DNA of 36,589 nucleotides from Promethearchaeota archaeon (GCA_016839585.1 JAEOTZ010000053.1:1-36589); one strand, 5' to 3'; shown: positions 19,304 to 28,008, numbered from the stretch's first letter. A program made the numbers and translations. The notes: a model not told the origin generated them from the sequence alone.

Positions 19304-19540
19304 ATGAGCTTTTCAAATAATACTACGACATATTGGTGTAGATTACATTTAGGTGTAATAGCTGTATTCATCCGTAGTATTATTAAGAGAGAATAAATCA
19401 AATCTCTTGACCTGTTTCTTATATTTTTTATTGGTTTATTCTCTCAACATATAATAACTATGTAAAATTTATTCGAAAAAGGTCAAGCCTGATTTCATTC
19501 TCCTAGTGAAAGCTAAATCAAAAAAAAAAGGAGGTGAAAA
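19304..19540 (+). ncRNA. Candidate structured RNA / riboswitch-like 5' leader (no known family recognised)
   Basis: Stems 19316-19327/19373-19384 (12 bp perfect) and 19387-19401/19431-19445 (15 bp, one U-G); pseudoknot 19406-19418/19475-19487 (12 of 13); hairpin 19493-19499/19505-19511 with anti-SD loop CUCCU; alternative 5'-3' pairing 19307-19315/19507-19514. G-U pairs favour the + strand. Confidence 0.7.
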
Positions 19541-19733
19541 ATGGTTGGGAAATAAGTTAAACAAAAATGATCCTTATATGATACTTGACTACTATAAAGA
19601 TTGGGATTCTGATAAAGCTCCAGTCATGATGGTTTTAAATAACTTGGATGATAATCCTGGGCAAATAGAATCTGAAGATGAGAAAAAACTAGCTTATCTT
19701 TGGAACAAGTACAAATATCAAAAATCTAAATAA
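19541..19733 (+). CDS. Small hypothetical protein; RBS-led ATG frame stops after 4 codons, body continues in +1 frame
   Basis: AGGAGGTGA-AAA-ATG GTT GGG AAA TAA; the +1 frame reads (G)NKLNKNDPYMILDYYKDWDSDKAPVMMVLNNLDDNPGQIESEDEKKLAYLWNKYKYQKSK*. Alternative starts: GTG 19506 (track) or ATG 19578. Confidence 0.55.
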
Positions 19734-19734
19734 A

Positions 19735-19760
19735 TTTTTTTTTATTTACTTATTTTTTTT
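19735..19760 (+). terminator. Oligo-T terminator after the small ORF
   Basis: T9 and T8 runs directly after TAA 19733, between convergent genes. Confidence 0.5.
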
Positions 19761-20940
19761 AGTTAAGGACTTTATCTATCCTTTCTAATGCTTCTTTAAT
19801 TCTTTCTATTGGCTGTGTTAAAGCAAATCTAACAAAACCTTCTCCATATTGACCAAAACCAATCCCTGGAGTTATAATTACCCCTACATTGATCAATTTT
19901 TTAACAAAATCCATGCTATTTGTTTCTCCCTCAGGAATTTGAATCCATACATAAAAAGTTGCTTTTGGTTTATCTGTTTCCCAACCAATCTTATTTAATC
20001 CTTCAACCAGTACATCACGTCTTTTTTCATAAATTTTCATGTTTTTATCCACGATTTCTGGTTTTTTTTCTGATTTATATTCATTTAATCCTTTTATTAC
20101 TGCTTTTTGTATAAAAATTGGACACCCTGAATCAATTTGAGATTTTATTTTTCTTAATCCTTCAATAATTTCTTGATTACCCACTGCCCATCCACATCTA
20201 AATCCTGTCATATTAAATGTTTTTGATGCACTATTAATTTCAATATGATCAGGATTAATTTGCAATAGAGTAGGGGCTATATAGTCGCCAAAAGTGAATT
20301 CAGAATAAGGATTATCGTATATAATAATAAAATTATAATCTTCAGCATAATCTACAGCTTTTTTCAGATATTCTATAGGTGCTATGGCTCCAGTAGGATT
20401 ATTTGGATAATTTAAATACATCATTTTTGCTTTTTTTAGAATTTTAGTCTCTATTAATTCTAAATTTGGAAGAAATTTATTCTCTCTTGTTAATGGCATT
20501 AAATAAGGTTTTCCATCACATAGTTTTGTTGCTCCATTTGCATAAACAGGATATCCTGGATTAGGACATAACACAATATCTCCTGGATTGATAAATGCTC
20601 TTGCAATATTAGCAACTCCTTCCTTTCCTCCTAATACATTAGTAACCTCTCTATCAGCATTAAAATCTAACCCAAATCTTACCTTATACCATCTAACAAT
20701 CCCTTCTCTGAAAATCTCTTCTCCCATACTAGCAGGATAATTTTGATTTTCAGGAATTTTTACCTGATTGATCAACTCATTTATAATTAATTCCGGAGTC
20801 GTCAGATCGGGATCTCCTATTCCCAACGAAATGAAATCTATTCCTTCTTTCTTTTTCTTAGCTTTTAATTCTTCAATTGCCACGAAAATATATTTTGGTA
20901 ATCTGTTTACTCTTTCAGCATATTCTATTTTCATCTTCAA
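19759..20940 (-). CDS. dapL: PLP-dependent class I/II aminotransferase, LL-diaminopimelate aminotransferase-like
   Basis: ISLGIGDPD, GGKEG, PGYPVY, YLNYPNNPTGA, DNPYSEF, SASKTFNMTGFRCG (PLP lysine), PGIGFGQYGEGFVRFAL. Substrate is inferred. Confidence 0.75.
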   Translation of the reverse strand: MKMKIEYAERVNRLPKYIFVAIEELKAKKKKEGIDFISLGIGDPDLTTPELIINELINQVKIPENQNYPASMGEEIFREGIVRWYKVRFGLDFNADREVTNVLGGKEGVANIARAFINPGDIVLCPNPGYPVYANGATKLCDGKPYLMPLTRENKFLPNLELIETKILKKAKMMYLNYPNNPTGAIAPIEYLKKAVDYAEDYNFIIIYDNPYSEFTFGDYIAPTLLQINPDHIEINSASKTFNMTGFRCGWAVGNQEIIEGLRKIKSQIDSGCPIFIQKAVIKGLNEYKSEKKPEIVDKNMKIYEKRRDVLVEGLNKIGWETDKPKATFYVWIQIPEGETNSMDFVKKLINVGVIITPGIGFGQYGEGFVRFALTQPIERIKEALERIDKVLN

Positions 20941-21025
20941 ATCACTTTATTATTAAAATAAGATATTAGAAAAGAAGTAAAATTATTTTGTTTAAAGAAT
21001 AATAATAATTTTTCGAATTCATAAT

Positions 21026-22078
21026 TTAACTATCTTCAATCTTCCAATCCCTTTTGGTTCTCCACTCATGACCACACATGCCGCAAATATACTTGAAACC
21101 ATAAATATTGGGATTTTCCATAATAATATTTTCCCGATCTATTACTTCACGTATTTTGTTTCGATCGTTATTCAAACATTTTGGACATTGCCTTCGTAAT
21201 CCTTTTCTAATTTCCTCTAGTATAATTTTAATTTTTGATGGAGCTGGTTTGGACACTTCTAGAATCTCAATAGGTTTAGTAATAGCTTCTTCTTGAAATT
21301 CTGGTAATTTTAAATATTTGAAGAAAAGCTCAGATAATAATTGATCAACAGTTTCCCCTGCTTTAGCTTGTTCTGTTAAAGCGGCCTCGATTTCCTTTAA
21401 TGCACTAATATCTTGATAATCTAGAAAATGGACTTCTCCTAATTGGAGATCTGAATAATTAGTTTTTGATTTAAGTTTTGTAAGAATAAAGTGAGTAAAA
21501 TCTCTAACAAGATAGGTTAATTTCATTTTAATTTCTTTTAAATTCTCAAGTTTAAATTCTCCTCTATGTTGAGCAACCCACTTTTTCACATCTGCCAGAT
21601 TTTTTAACATTTCTTCGTTTGTTTTTAATTCAGCTACTTTTTTCTGATCTTCAATAACTCCATAAACTAAGAATGGTGCTTCAAAATGTGTTTTTTCAAT
21701 AAACGCGTCCATCATATCTGCAAGGTGAATAAAATTATCTCCTATGTCCTCATCAATTTTAATGAAAAATATACCCCCACTCGCACCAATAAATAAGCCT
21801 TTTTCCATTATTAGATCCTGAGATTCTTCTTCTTTCCAAGCAAATGAAGTTTTCCATTTAATTATATCGAAATTTCTCTCTCTATAAATTAATGAGAAAT
21901 TCCAAACATAACTCTCTTTAGCGAGATGATGTATTACTCCCTCTGGGAATAATGATTCTTTATCTACTTTTTGAGAAGGGATTTGATAATTAATTGAATG
22001 ACCTAATTTTTTAAGATCTTTAGAAATTAAACCTGGAGGAGCATCTCCAATAACAATTTGATATTCAATATATCTAAT
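21026..22078 (-). CDS. Degenerate Ras/Rab-like fold protein with C-terminal Zn ribbon, ~350 aa (extended to a probable ATT start)
   Basis: The frame of track ORF 21026-21808 stays open 90 more codons to ATT at 22078, 6 nt after GGTGA (22089-22085). C-terminus has CPKC...CGMCGHEWR. Confidence 0.7.
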   Translation of the reverse strand: MRYIEYQIVIGDAPPGLISKDLKKLGHSINYQIPSQKVDKESLFPEGVIHHLAKESYVWNFSLIYRERNFDIIKWKTSFAWKEEESQDLIMEKGLFIGASGGIFFIKIDEDIGDNFIHLADMMDAFIEKTHFEAPFLVYGVIEDQKKVAELKTNEEMLKNLADVKKWVAQHRGEFKLENLKEIKMKLTYLVRDFTHFILTKLKSKTNYSDLQLGEVHFLDYQDISALKEIEAALTEQAKAGETVDQLLSELFFKYLKLPEFQEEAITKPIEILEVSKPAPSKIKIILEEIRKGLRRQCPKCLNNDRNKIREVIDRENIIMENPNIYGFKYICGMCGHEWRTKRDWKIEDS

Positions 22079-22228
22079 CTTATTTCACCAATATTTTATA
22101 TAAATTATTGAGATTTAATTTTCTTCTCTAATAAGATTAATATTAGTTTTGATAATTTTTATTTTTATTTTTGTAAAAATAACAAAAATTTGAAAAAAAT
22201 TAGTTTTAATTTAGTCAGGATGTAAAAA

Positions 22229-23530
22229 TTAATCCCTATTTTTATCACTTAACTCATATTCTTTAGAATCCATCATTAAAAAAGGAATAATTCCAATATT
22301 TGAAATAATTGCCATGAAGATAAATAATATTGCATAAATTGTATATGTACTTAATCCCTCTAAAGCACCAAATAAAATTCCTGTTAATTGTAATCCTATG
22401 ACAGTACCAATATTTACAAATGAATTACATGTAGCATAATAAGTACTATCAACTTCAGGATACAATGTTGATATTTGACCTACTACTGCAGAATACGATG
22501 AATTCCTCCAACCTGCAGAGGAACCAATAAGAAATGCAAAAAATATCAGAAGCGGAACTATAGTTGGGATCAAGAACAATAATAGTGATACTGTTGTCAC
22601 TAAAAGTGAAGAGTAAATTCCAAGCTTCCTCGTTTTTAAATCTGAAATATAACCTCCTATTACTGCTCCTAATATTACTCCTAAACCAATGAATAAGGAT
22701 ATAAATGCATTTGGTTCGTATAATGATTCATTAGTCTCTAACAATTCGATTGTAGCGCCCTCTGATCCAATAAATCCTGCTTCTATAATTATGTAAAGTG
22801 ATAAAAATACAAAAATAACGCCGTCTACAAATGAATTAAATAATGCAAACATGTAAACTCTCCAATTTTTACCCTTTCCAAAAATTAATTTTAAATTGGT
22901 TTTGATACTAAAATCAATATGAGTAACTGCTTCTTTAACAATTAGAATAGTCAGGGATGATAAAATCATTACGATTCCTAATCCTATGAAAACTAATTCA
23001 ATACTTCCACCTGCAAGCATATAAAAAGCCACGATTAAAGGTCCTCCTATAATTATTCCAACTGATCTGATACCCCAACAGACACCTTGAACACGCCCTA
23101 GCTTTTCTTTTGGAGTTATATCAAGTATTAACCCATCTATTGCTGTGTCTGCAATAGCTACTCCTAGAACAATAAGTACACCCCCCACTGTAAATAGCAT
23201 AAACGCTGTATTAGCGGTTATAATAAAAGGTATTAAGATCCAGAGTAAACCAGATATAGTGACTGGAGCGATAATCCACGGCTTCCGCCTGCCTAAGTTT
23301 TTAAGGGCATATTTATCGCTTAACATACCATATATGAATTTTATGGCAAAGGGCATTAAAACTATTGATAGTAAGAAAGCTATGTCCTCTCCTGTTACTG
23401 CTCCAAGTTCCATAATTAAATAAATTGGTACAATAACTGCAAACATCGATTGATTAATTCCTTGAAAGAAATAATTTAGGGAAAATATTCCTATATAAGA
23501 GCCTTTAAATTCTGTTTTGTTTTTTTCCAT
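22229..23530 (-). CDS. MFS transporter, AmpG/acetyl-CoA-transporter/BT1-like
   Basis: About 12 TM segments; PFAIKFIYGMLSDKY...GRRKPWI and DTAIDGLILD motifs. Confidence 0.85.
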   Translation of the reverse strand: MEKNKTEFKGSYIGIFSLNYFFQGINQSMFAVIVPIYLIMELGAVTGEDIAFLLSIVLMPFAIKFIYGMLSDKYALKNLGRRKPWIIAPVTISGLLWILIPFIITANTAFMLFTVGGVLIVLGVAIADTAIDGLILDITPKEKLGRVQGVCWGIRSVGIIIGGPLIVAFYMLAGGSIELVFIGLGIVMILSSLTILIVKEAVTHIDFSIKTNLKLIFGKGKNWRVYMFALFNSFVDGVIFVFLSLYIIIEAGFIGSEGATIELLETNESLYEPNAFISLFIGLGVILGAVIGGYISDLKTRKLGIYSSLLVTTVSLLLFLIPTIVPLLIFFAFLIGSSAGWRNSSYSAVVGQISTLYPEVDSTYYATCNSFVNIGTVIGLQLTGILFGALEGLSTYTIYAILFIFMAIISNIGIIPFLMMDSKEYELSDKNRD

Positions 23531-23784
23531 GGTTAATCAATATTGTTGTTTAATAATATTTTAAATTTGTATCTTAAAAGTTAATATAATTTTTATATTT
23601 AGATATTTATAAAATTAACAGAATTTTACTTTACAATAATATATCCATCTTGATCTCTATAGTTGAAAACTAATAACCTAAAACCTTATAATTAAAATTT
23701 TTATTTTGAATATATAGTATTATAATTCTGAAAATAGATCTAAATAATTATTAATTATTTTACAAAAAAGACTTCTGATTGGAG

Positions 23785-24213
23785 ATGGGACGCCGCACGC
23801 GCATGAGATTCGTCAAGAGGACTCCAGATAATATTTATTTCGCTGGAGTTGGTGAATCAAGCTCAAATACAGAGCAATTTGTCATTTTAACTGTTGCTGA
23901 ATTTGAGGCAATGCGCTTAAAACATTATATAAATCTAAATCAAAAAGATGCAGCTGAAAAAATGGGAGTTTCTCAGCCTACTTTTTCCAGAATTTTAGAA
24001 AATGCCCATCAAAAAGCAACTCAAGCACTCATGGAAGGAAAAGAAATAAGAGTTTATGGAGGTAATATCGATTATAAACAGGGATTTATCGGTTATGGAT
24101 GCTTGAATTGCGATGCGGAATGGGAAGATGAAAGTGCTTCGAAAGATAAGAAAGTTAATTGCCCAAAGTGTGAATCTAATAAAATTTATTATTTAGTAAG
24201 AGAACCATTATGA
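23785..24213 (+). CDS. DUF134-family HTH DNA-binding protein with C-terminal Zn ribbon
   Basis: MGRR..MRFV...P...YF; LTVAEFEAMRLKHY..LNQKDAAEKMGVSQPTFSRILENAHQK; CLNC...CPKC. ATG 23785 preferred over TTG 23779. Confidence 0.88.
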   Translation: MGRRTRMRFVKRTPDNIYFAGVGESSSNTEQFVILTVAEFEAMRLKHYINLNQKDAAEKMGVSQPTFSRILENAHQKATQALMEGKEIRVYGGNIDYKQGFIGYGCLNCDAEWEDESASKDKKVNCPKCESNKIYYLVREPL

Positions 24214-24224
24214 TTTGAGGAGTA

Positions 24225-24398
24225 TTAAATAGGATAATCTTTCCGAATTTGAAGTTCCAGCTTATATGATTCAATCTGATTTTTGATATAATTATAAGCT
24301 TTAGGTTCAATTCGATGACCATATTTTTTTAGATGATCTTTTAAAATTTCTATTGAAAGTTCTAATTTACTTATTCTTTCTTCTACTTCCCTCATCAT
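24225..24398 (-). CDS. Small helical hypothetical protein, 57 aa (below ORF-track cutoff)
   Basis: MMREVEERISKLELSIEILKDHLKKYGHRIEPKAYNYIKNQIESYKLELQIRKDYPI*; GAGGG upstream; fills the intergenic gap and converges on the DUF134 gene. Confidence 0.7.
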   Translation of the reverse strand: MMREVEERISKLELSIEILKDHLKKYGHRIEPKAYNYIKNQIESYKLELQIRKDYPI

Positions 24399-24589
24399 AA
24401 TTCTTTTCCCTCAAATAAAAAATTATATGATTTAATAGATTCTTATTTTTTTCTAATATAAAAATCAGAGGGGGTAGAAGATTTCATGGATTATCTTGTC
24501 TAAACTATATCATTAAGGACACATTTTTGTCATCAATTATTCTCGAAATATAATTAAGTTATGAAATTTTTAATCTATCAAACAATTAA

Positions 24590-25726
24590 ATGAGATTATC
24601 TTTAAACAGGGTAAAGATAAAATTGACTGACAAATTTTGGTATAAAGTAGCAAGAACTATTGTAAAAGCTGGGAGATTTCCTTTTCCAATCAGTGACCAT
24701 TTAATAGATTTATTAAAGAACTTAATGAATGAAGAACAAGCAAGATTCGTTTTAAATTTTAAAAAACCATCCCTAACTCTTAAAGAGATTAAAGAGAGAG
24801 CAAATCTTAATGATGAATATATATTGAGAATGTTAGATGATTTAATGCGTGGAGGAATTGTAATTGGTACTATGAGTAATAGTGCAGGAGTCATGGTATA
24901 TCGATTAATGCCTGTATTTCCTGGTGTTTTCGAGTACCAGTTCTTAACTGGTAAATCAACTGAGAGAGATAAAAGACTAGCAAAATTATTTGAGGTTTTA
25001 TTCCAAGAAATGAGTGATGGCGTTCAAAAGAATTATGATAATGTTTTAGAAATGTTTAAAGTTGCTCCAGCAACAGACAGAACTATTCCAGTTGAGGAAG
25101 AAGTCGAAGTTGGAACTGAAACGACAATTCCGTATGAAAATATTAAAGACTATGTTGAAAATTATGATGATATTGCTTTAGTAAATTGTTACTGTCGTCA
25201 TGAAAAAGAATTGATTGATGATCCTTGTAAAATTAATGCCCCTAAAAAAAATTGTTTTCTTTTTGGCAAAAGTGCAATTTTTGGCATTGAACAAGAGTTT
25301 GGAGAGCGAGTAACAAAAGAAGAAGCCCTGAGGATATTTCGAGAAGCAGAAGATCATGGACTAGTCCATAAAGTGTTCCATGTTGACTCAGATCCTAATA
25401 GAGGAATCGAAGCAATATGTAATTGTTGTTCCTGCTGCTGTGGGATGTTTCAGATGTATTATCGAGGAGTATTACCTTTACATACAATAAGTTCTTACCT
25501 TGCGAAAGTTGATGATCAGATATGTATAGGCTGTGGAACTTGTGTCGAGAAATGTCCGATGGAAACCATCGATTTAGAAGATTCACTAGCTAATGTCAAT
25601 AATGAGAAATGTATAGGTTGTGGGGTCTGTGCTCACCATTGTCCTGAAGGAGCTATACATTTAGAGCGAATTGGTTTTAGGTATGTATTTGTTCCCCCAA
25701 AAAAATTAAAAACAAGTTTATCTTAA
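24590..25726 (+). CDS. Fe-S protein with C-terminal 2x[4Fe-4S] ferredoxin domain
   Basis: CIGCGTCVEKCP and CIGCGVCAHHCP; CYCRH, GLVH and ICNCCSCCCG motifs; N-terminal wHTH-like region. Confidence 0.88.
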   Translation: MRLSLNRVKIKLTDKFWYKVARTIVKAGRFPFPISDHLIDLLKNLMNEEQARFVLNFKKPSLTLKEIKERANLNDEYILRMLDDLMRGGIVIGTMSNSAGVMVYRLMPVFPGVFEYQFLTGKSTERDKRLAKLFEVLFQEMSDGVQKNYDNVLEMFKVAPATDRTIPVEEEVEVGTETTIPYENIKDYVENYDDIALVNCYCRHEKELIDDPCKINAPKKNCFLFGKSAIFGIEQEFGERVTKEEALRIFREAEDHGLVHKVFHVDSDPNRGIEAICNCCSCCCGMFQMYYRGVLPLHTISSYLAKVDDQICIGCGTCVEKCPMETIDLEDSLANVNNEKCIGCGVCAHHCPEGAIHLERIGFRYVFVPPKKLKTSLS

Positions 25727-25757
25727 AAATATTAGAAAAAGATAAATTTTAAAAAAG

Positions 25758-27773
25758 CTAAATCCTATTAGCCACTTTATAGGCTGTTTCTATTGCTTCT
25801 AAGACGGTTTGAGGTTTTTTTGCATCACCGATTTTGTGCACATCTATATTTCCTAGATTGTTTATTTCTTTGAAAAGACTATTGTTTGGAGTAACTCCTG
25901 TAGCGTAATATACCATATCTACATCATTTATAACTTGATCTTTTCCAGCTGCATCGGTGTAGCTAACATAATTATCTCCTATTTCAGTTACACTTACACT
26001 TGTAAGAAATTTTACTCCTAAAGCGTCACATTTATCAAGGAGAACCCATTTAGTTGTCTTTCCTAGAGCTGATCCTAGCTTAGGTAATTGTTCTAGTACT
26101 GTTACCCTATTTCTTCCTTCATGAAGCATTTTTAATGCAATTTCGGGTTCTAAAGCTTCATAAAGAGTAAGAAATTCGAAAGCTTCAAGACTTAATGAAC
26201 CAAACTTTGCTATGTACATTGCCAACTCAACACCGGTAGCTCCTCCTCCAATTATAACATTATTTTTTCCGATTGGAGCATCTCCACTAAAAACATCATT
26301 CGCAAAATATACATTATTACGTTCTATGCCTTTAATCGGAGGTTTTAGGGGTATTGATCCCGTTGCTACAATAACAATATCAGGATTAAATTCTTTCACA
26401 ACATCAAGAGTTACTTCTGTATCTAAATGTAGATTAATTCCATGTTTTTGGACCCAATAGGTATAGTTTTCAATAATTCTTTTAAATTCATTTCTTCCAG
26501 GTGCTCTCCAAACTAGATTTATTAATCCGCCAATTTTATCGTCATTTTCAAATATATGAACCTCATGACCTCTTATTCTAGCAACTCTCGCAGCTTCCAG
26601 TCCTCCCGGTCCAGACCCAATCACCATTACTTTTTTTTTCTGCTCAATGGGGTTCAATTCAGTTTTAGCTTCATTTGCAGCTCTAGCATTTCTTAAACAA
26701 GAAATTGGTTTCAATTTAAAAATTGCGTCAAAACATCCTTGATTACAACCAACACAGTTCATAATATCTCGTATTTCACCTTTCATTGCTTTCATAGGCA
26801 AATAAGGATCTGCCACTAATGCTCTCCCCATACAAATAGCATCGGCTTTTCCAGCCATTAAAATCTGTTCTGCTAAAACTGGATCATTAATACGATTGGA
26901 TGAGAATACAAGAATTGATACATTATTTCTGATATTTTCTGCTAGATAAGTATAACATCCTTCTGGAACATCCATAGTTGTTTGTGGTGTTTTAGTCTCA
27001 TGCCAACCTCCGGTAACATTGAAATAATCTAAATAATTACCTAATTCTTTAGCAATAATTGCTTTCTCTTTATAAGTATTACTTTCTGGAACAAAATCAT
27101 CTCCTGATATACGGTAACCTATAACAAAATCATTACCTACACTTGATCTCATTAATTCAAGAGTTTCGATTGGAAATCTTAGACGATTTTCAAGACTACC
27201 CCCGTATTTATCAGTTCGTTTATTTGTTTTTGGAGATGTAAATTGGGTAAACAAATATCCAGCATTAGCACAAATTTCAGTGGCATCAAATCCTGCTCTT
27301 TTAGCACGTACAGCAGCATCTGCAAATGCTTGTTGCTCTCTCTTAATATCTTCAAGAGTCATTTCTCGAGGAGTAGTTTTACTAAAGTTACTAAATACAG
27401 CCGAAGGAGCGATCGGAGTTCTACCAATAATTTGAGGCATAGTATAAGCCCCTCCATGGTATAATTGGCAACAAACTTTTACATCATCACGAGCTTTATG
27501 GATAGCTTCTGTAAATTCTGTTAATTTTGGGATATACTTATCATCGTCAACAGCGATCATCATTGGTAACCCTTTTCCATAAAGGGATACATAGCATCCT
27601 CCCACAATTATCATACCTGCGCCACCCTTGACCCTTTCAACATAAAAATCGATTAATTTCTTCGTAATAAAACCATCAGTAGCAAGATTAAGGTTGAGAG
27701 CTGGCATTATAATACGGTTCGATACATCCATATCTCTTATCTTAAAAGGCGTAAACAGTTTAAAGAACTTCAA
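25758..27773 (-). CDS. fadH: NADH:flavin oxidoreductase, 2,4-dienoyl-CoA reductase (FadH)-like
   Basis: OYE TIM barrel (NKRTDKYGGSLENRLRF), GGWHE, 4Fe-4S motif CVGCNQGC..CLRN, FAD GSGPGG and NAD(P) GGGATG motifs; 671 aa. Confidence 0.8.
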   Translation of the reverse strand: MKFFKLFTPFKIRDMDVSNRIIMPALNLNLATDGFITKKLIDFYVERVKGGAGMIIVGGCYVSLYGKGLPMMIAVDDDKYIPKLTEFTEAIHKARDDVKVCCQLYHGGAYTMPQIIGRTPIAPSAVFSNFSKTTPREMTLEDIKREQQAFADAAVRAKRAGFDATEICANAGYLFTQFTSPKTNKRTDKYGGSLENRLRFPIETLELMRSSVGNDFVIGYRISGDDFVPESNTYKEKAIIAKELGNYLDYFNVTGGWHETKTPQTTMDVPEGCYTYLAENIRNNVSILVFSSNRINDPVLAEQILMAGKADAICMGRALVADPYLPMKAMKGEIRDIMNCVGCNQGCFDAIFKLKPISCLRNARAANEAKTELNPIEQKKKVMVIGSGPGGLEAARVARIRGHEVHIFENDDKIGGLINLVWRAPGRNEFKRIIENYTYWVQKHGINLHLDTEVTLDVVKEFNPDIVIVATGSIPLKPPIKGIERNNVYFANDVFSGDAPIGKNNVIIGGGATGVELAMYIAKFGSLSLEAFEFLTLYEALEPEIALKMLHEGRNRVTVLEQLPKLGSALGKTTKWVLLDKCDALGVKFLTSVSVTEIGDNYVSYTDAAGKDQVINDVDMVYYATGVTPNNSLFKEINNLGNIDVHKIGDAKKPQTVLEAIETAYKVANRI

Positions 27774-28008
27774 TTTTAATCCTCAGTTTTATATAATTAT
27801 TTAAGAAGAATAACATGATAATTTATTAAAATTTAATTGGATTAAAATAAAAGGTTGCTATTTTTTATACTATTTAGTAAAGAGGTCAGCTAATCAAGGT
27901 ATTAAGCCACTTTTATAATTAATTTTCTATTAAAATTGGAAAAGAAATAATTTTTTTATTATAATAAAATTATAATACTCAAAAATTAAATATAATTAAT
28001 GAGGAAAA

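Noticed and set aside
19304-19540. Known RNA classes: lysine riboswitch (dapL-like gene adjacent), hammerhead, SECIS, retron msr-msd, RNase P/SRP
   Set aside because: The dapL-like gene is convergent, not downstream; no CUGANGA core; no in-frame UGA gene nearby; no reverse transcriptase; no GAGGAAAGUCC or SRP motifs.
19506-19540. Track start (GTG, MKAKSKKKGGEKW) for the 75-aa ORF
   Set aside because: This N-terminus simply translates the A-tract and the RBS, and has no RBS of its own.
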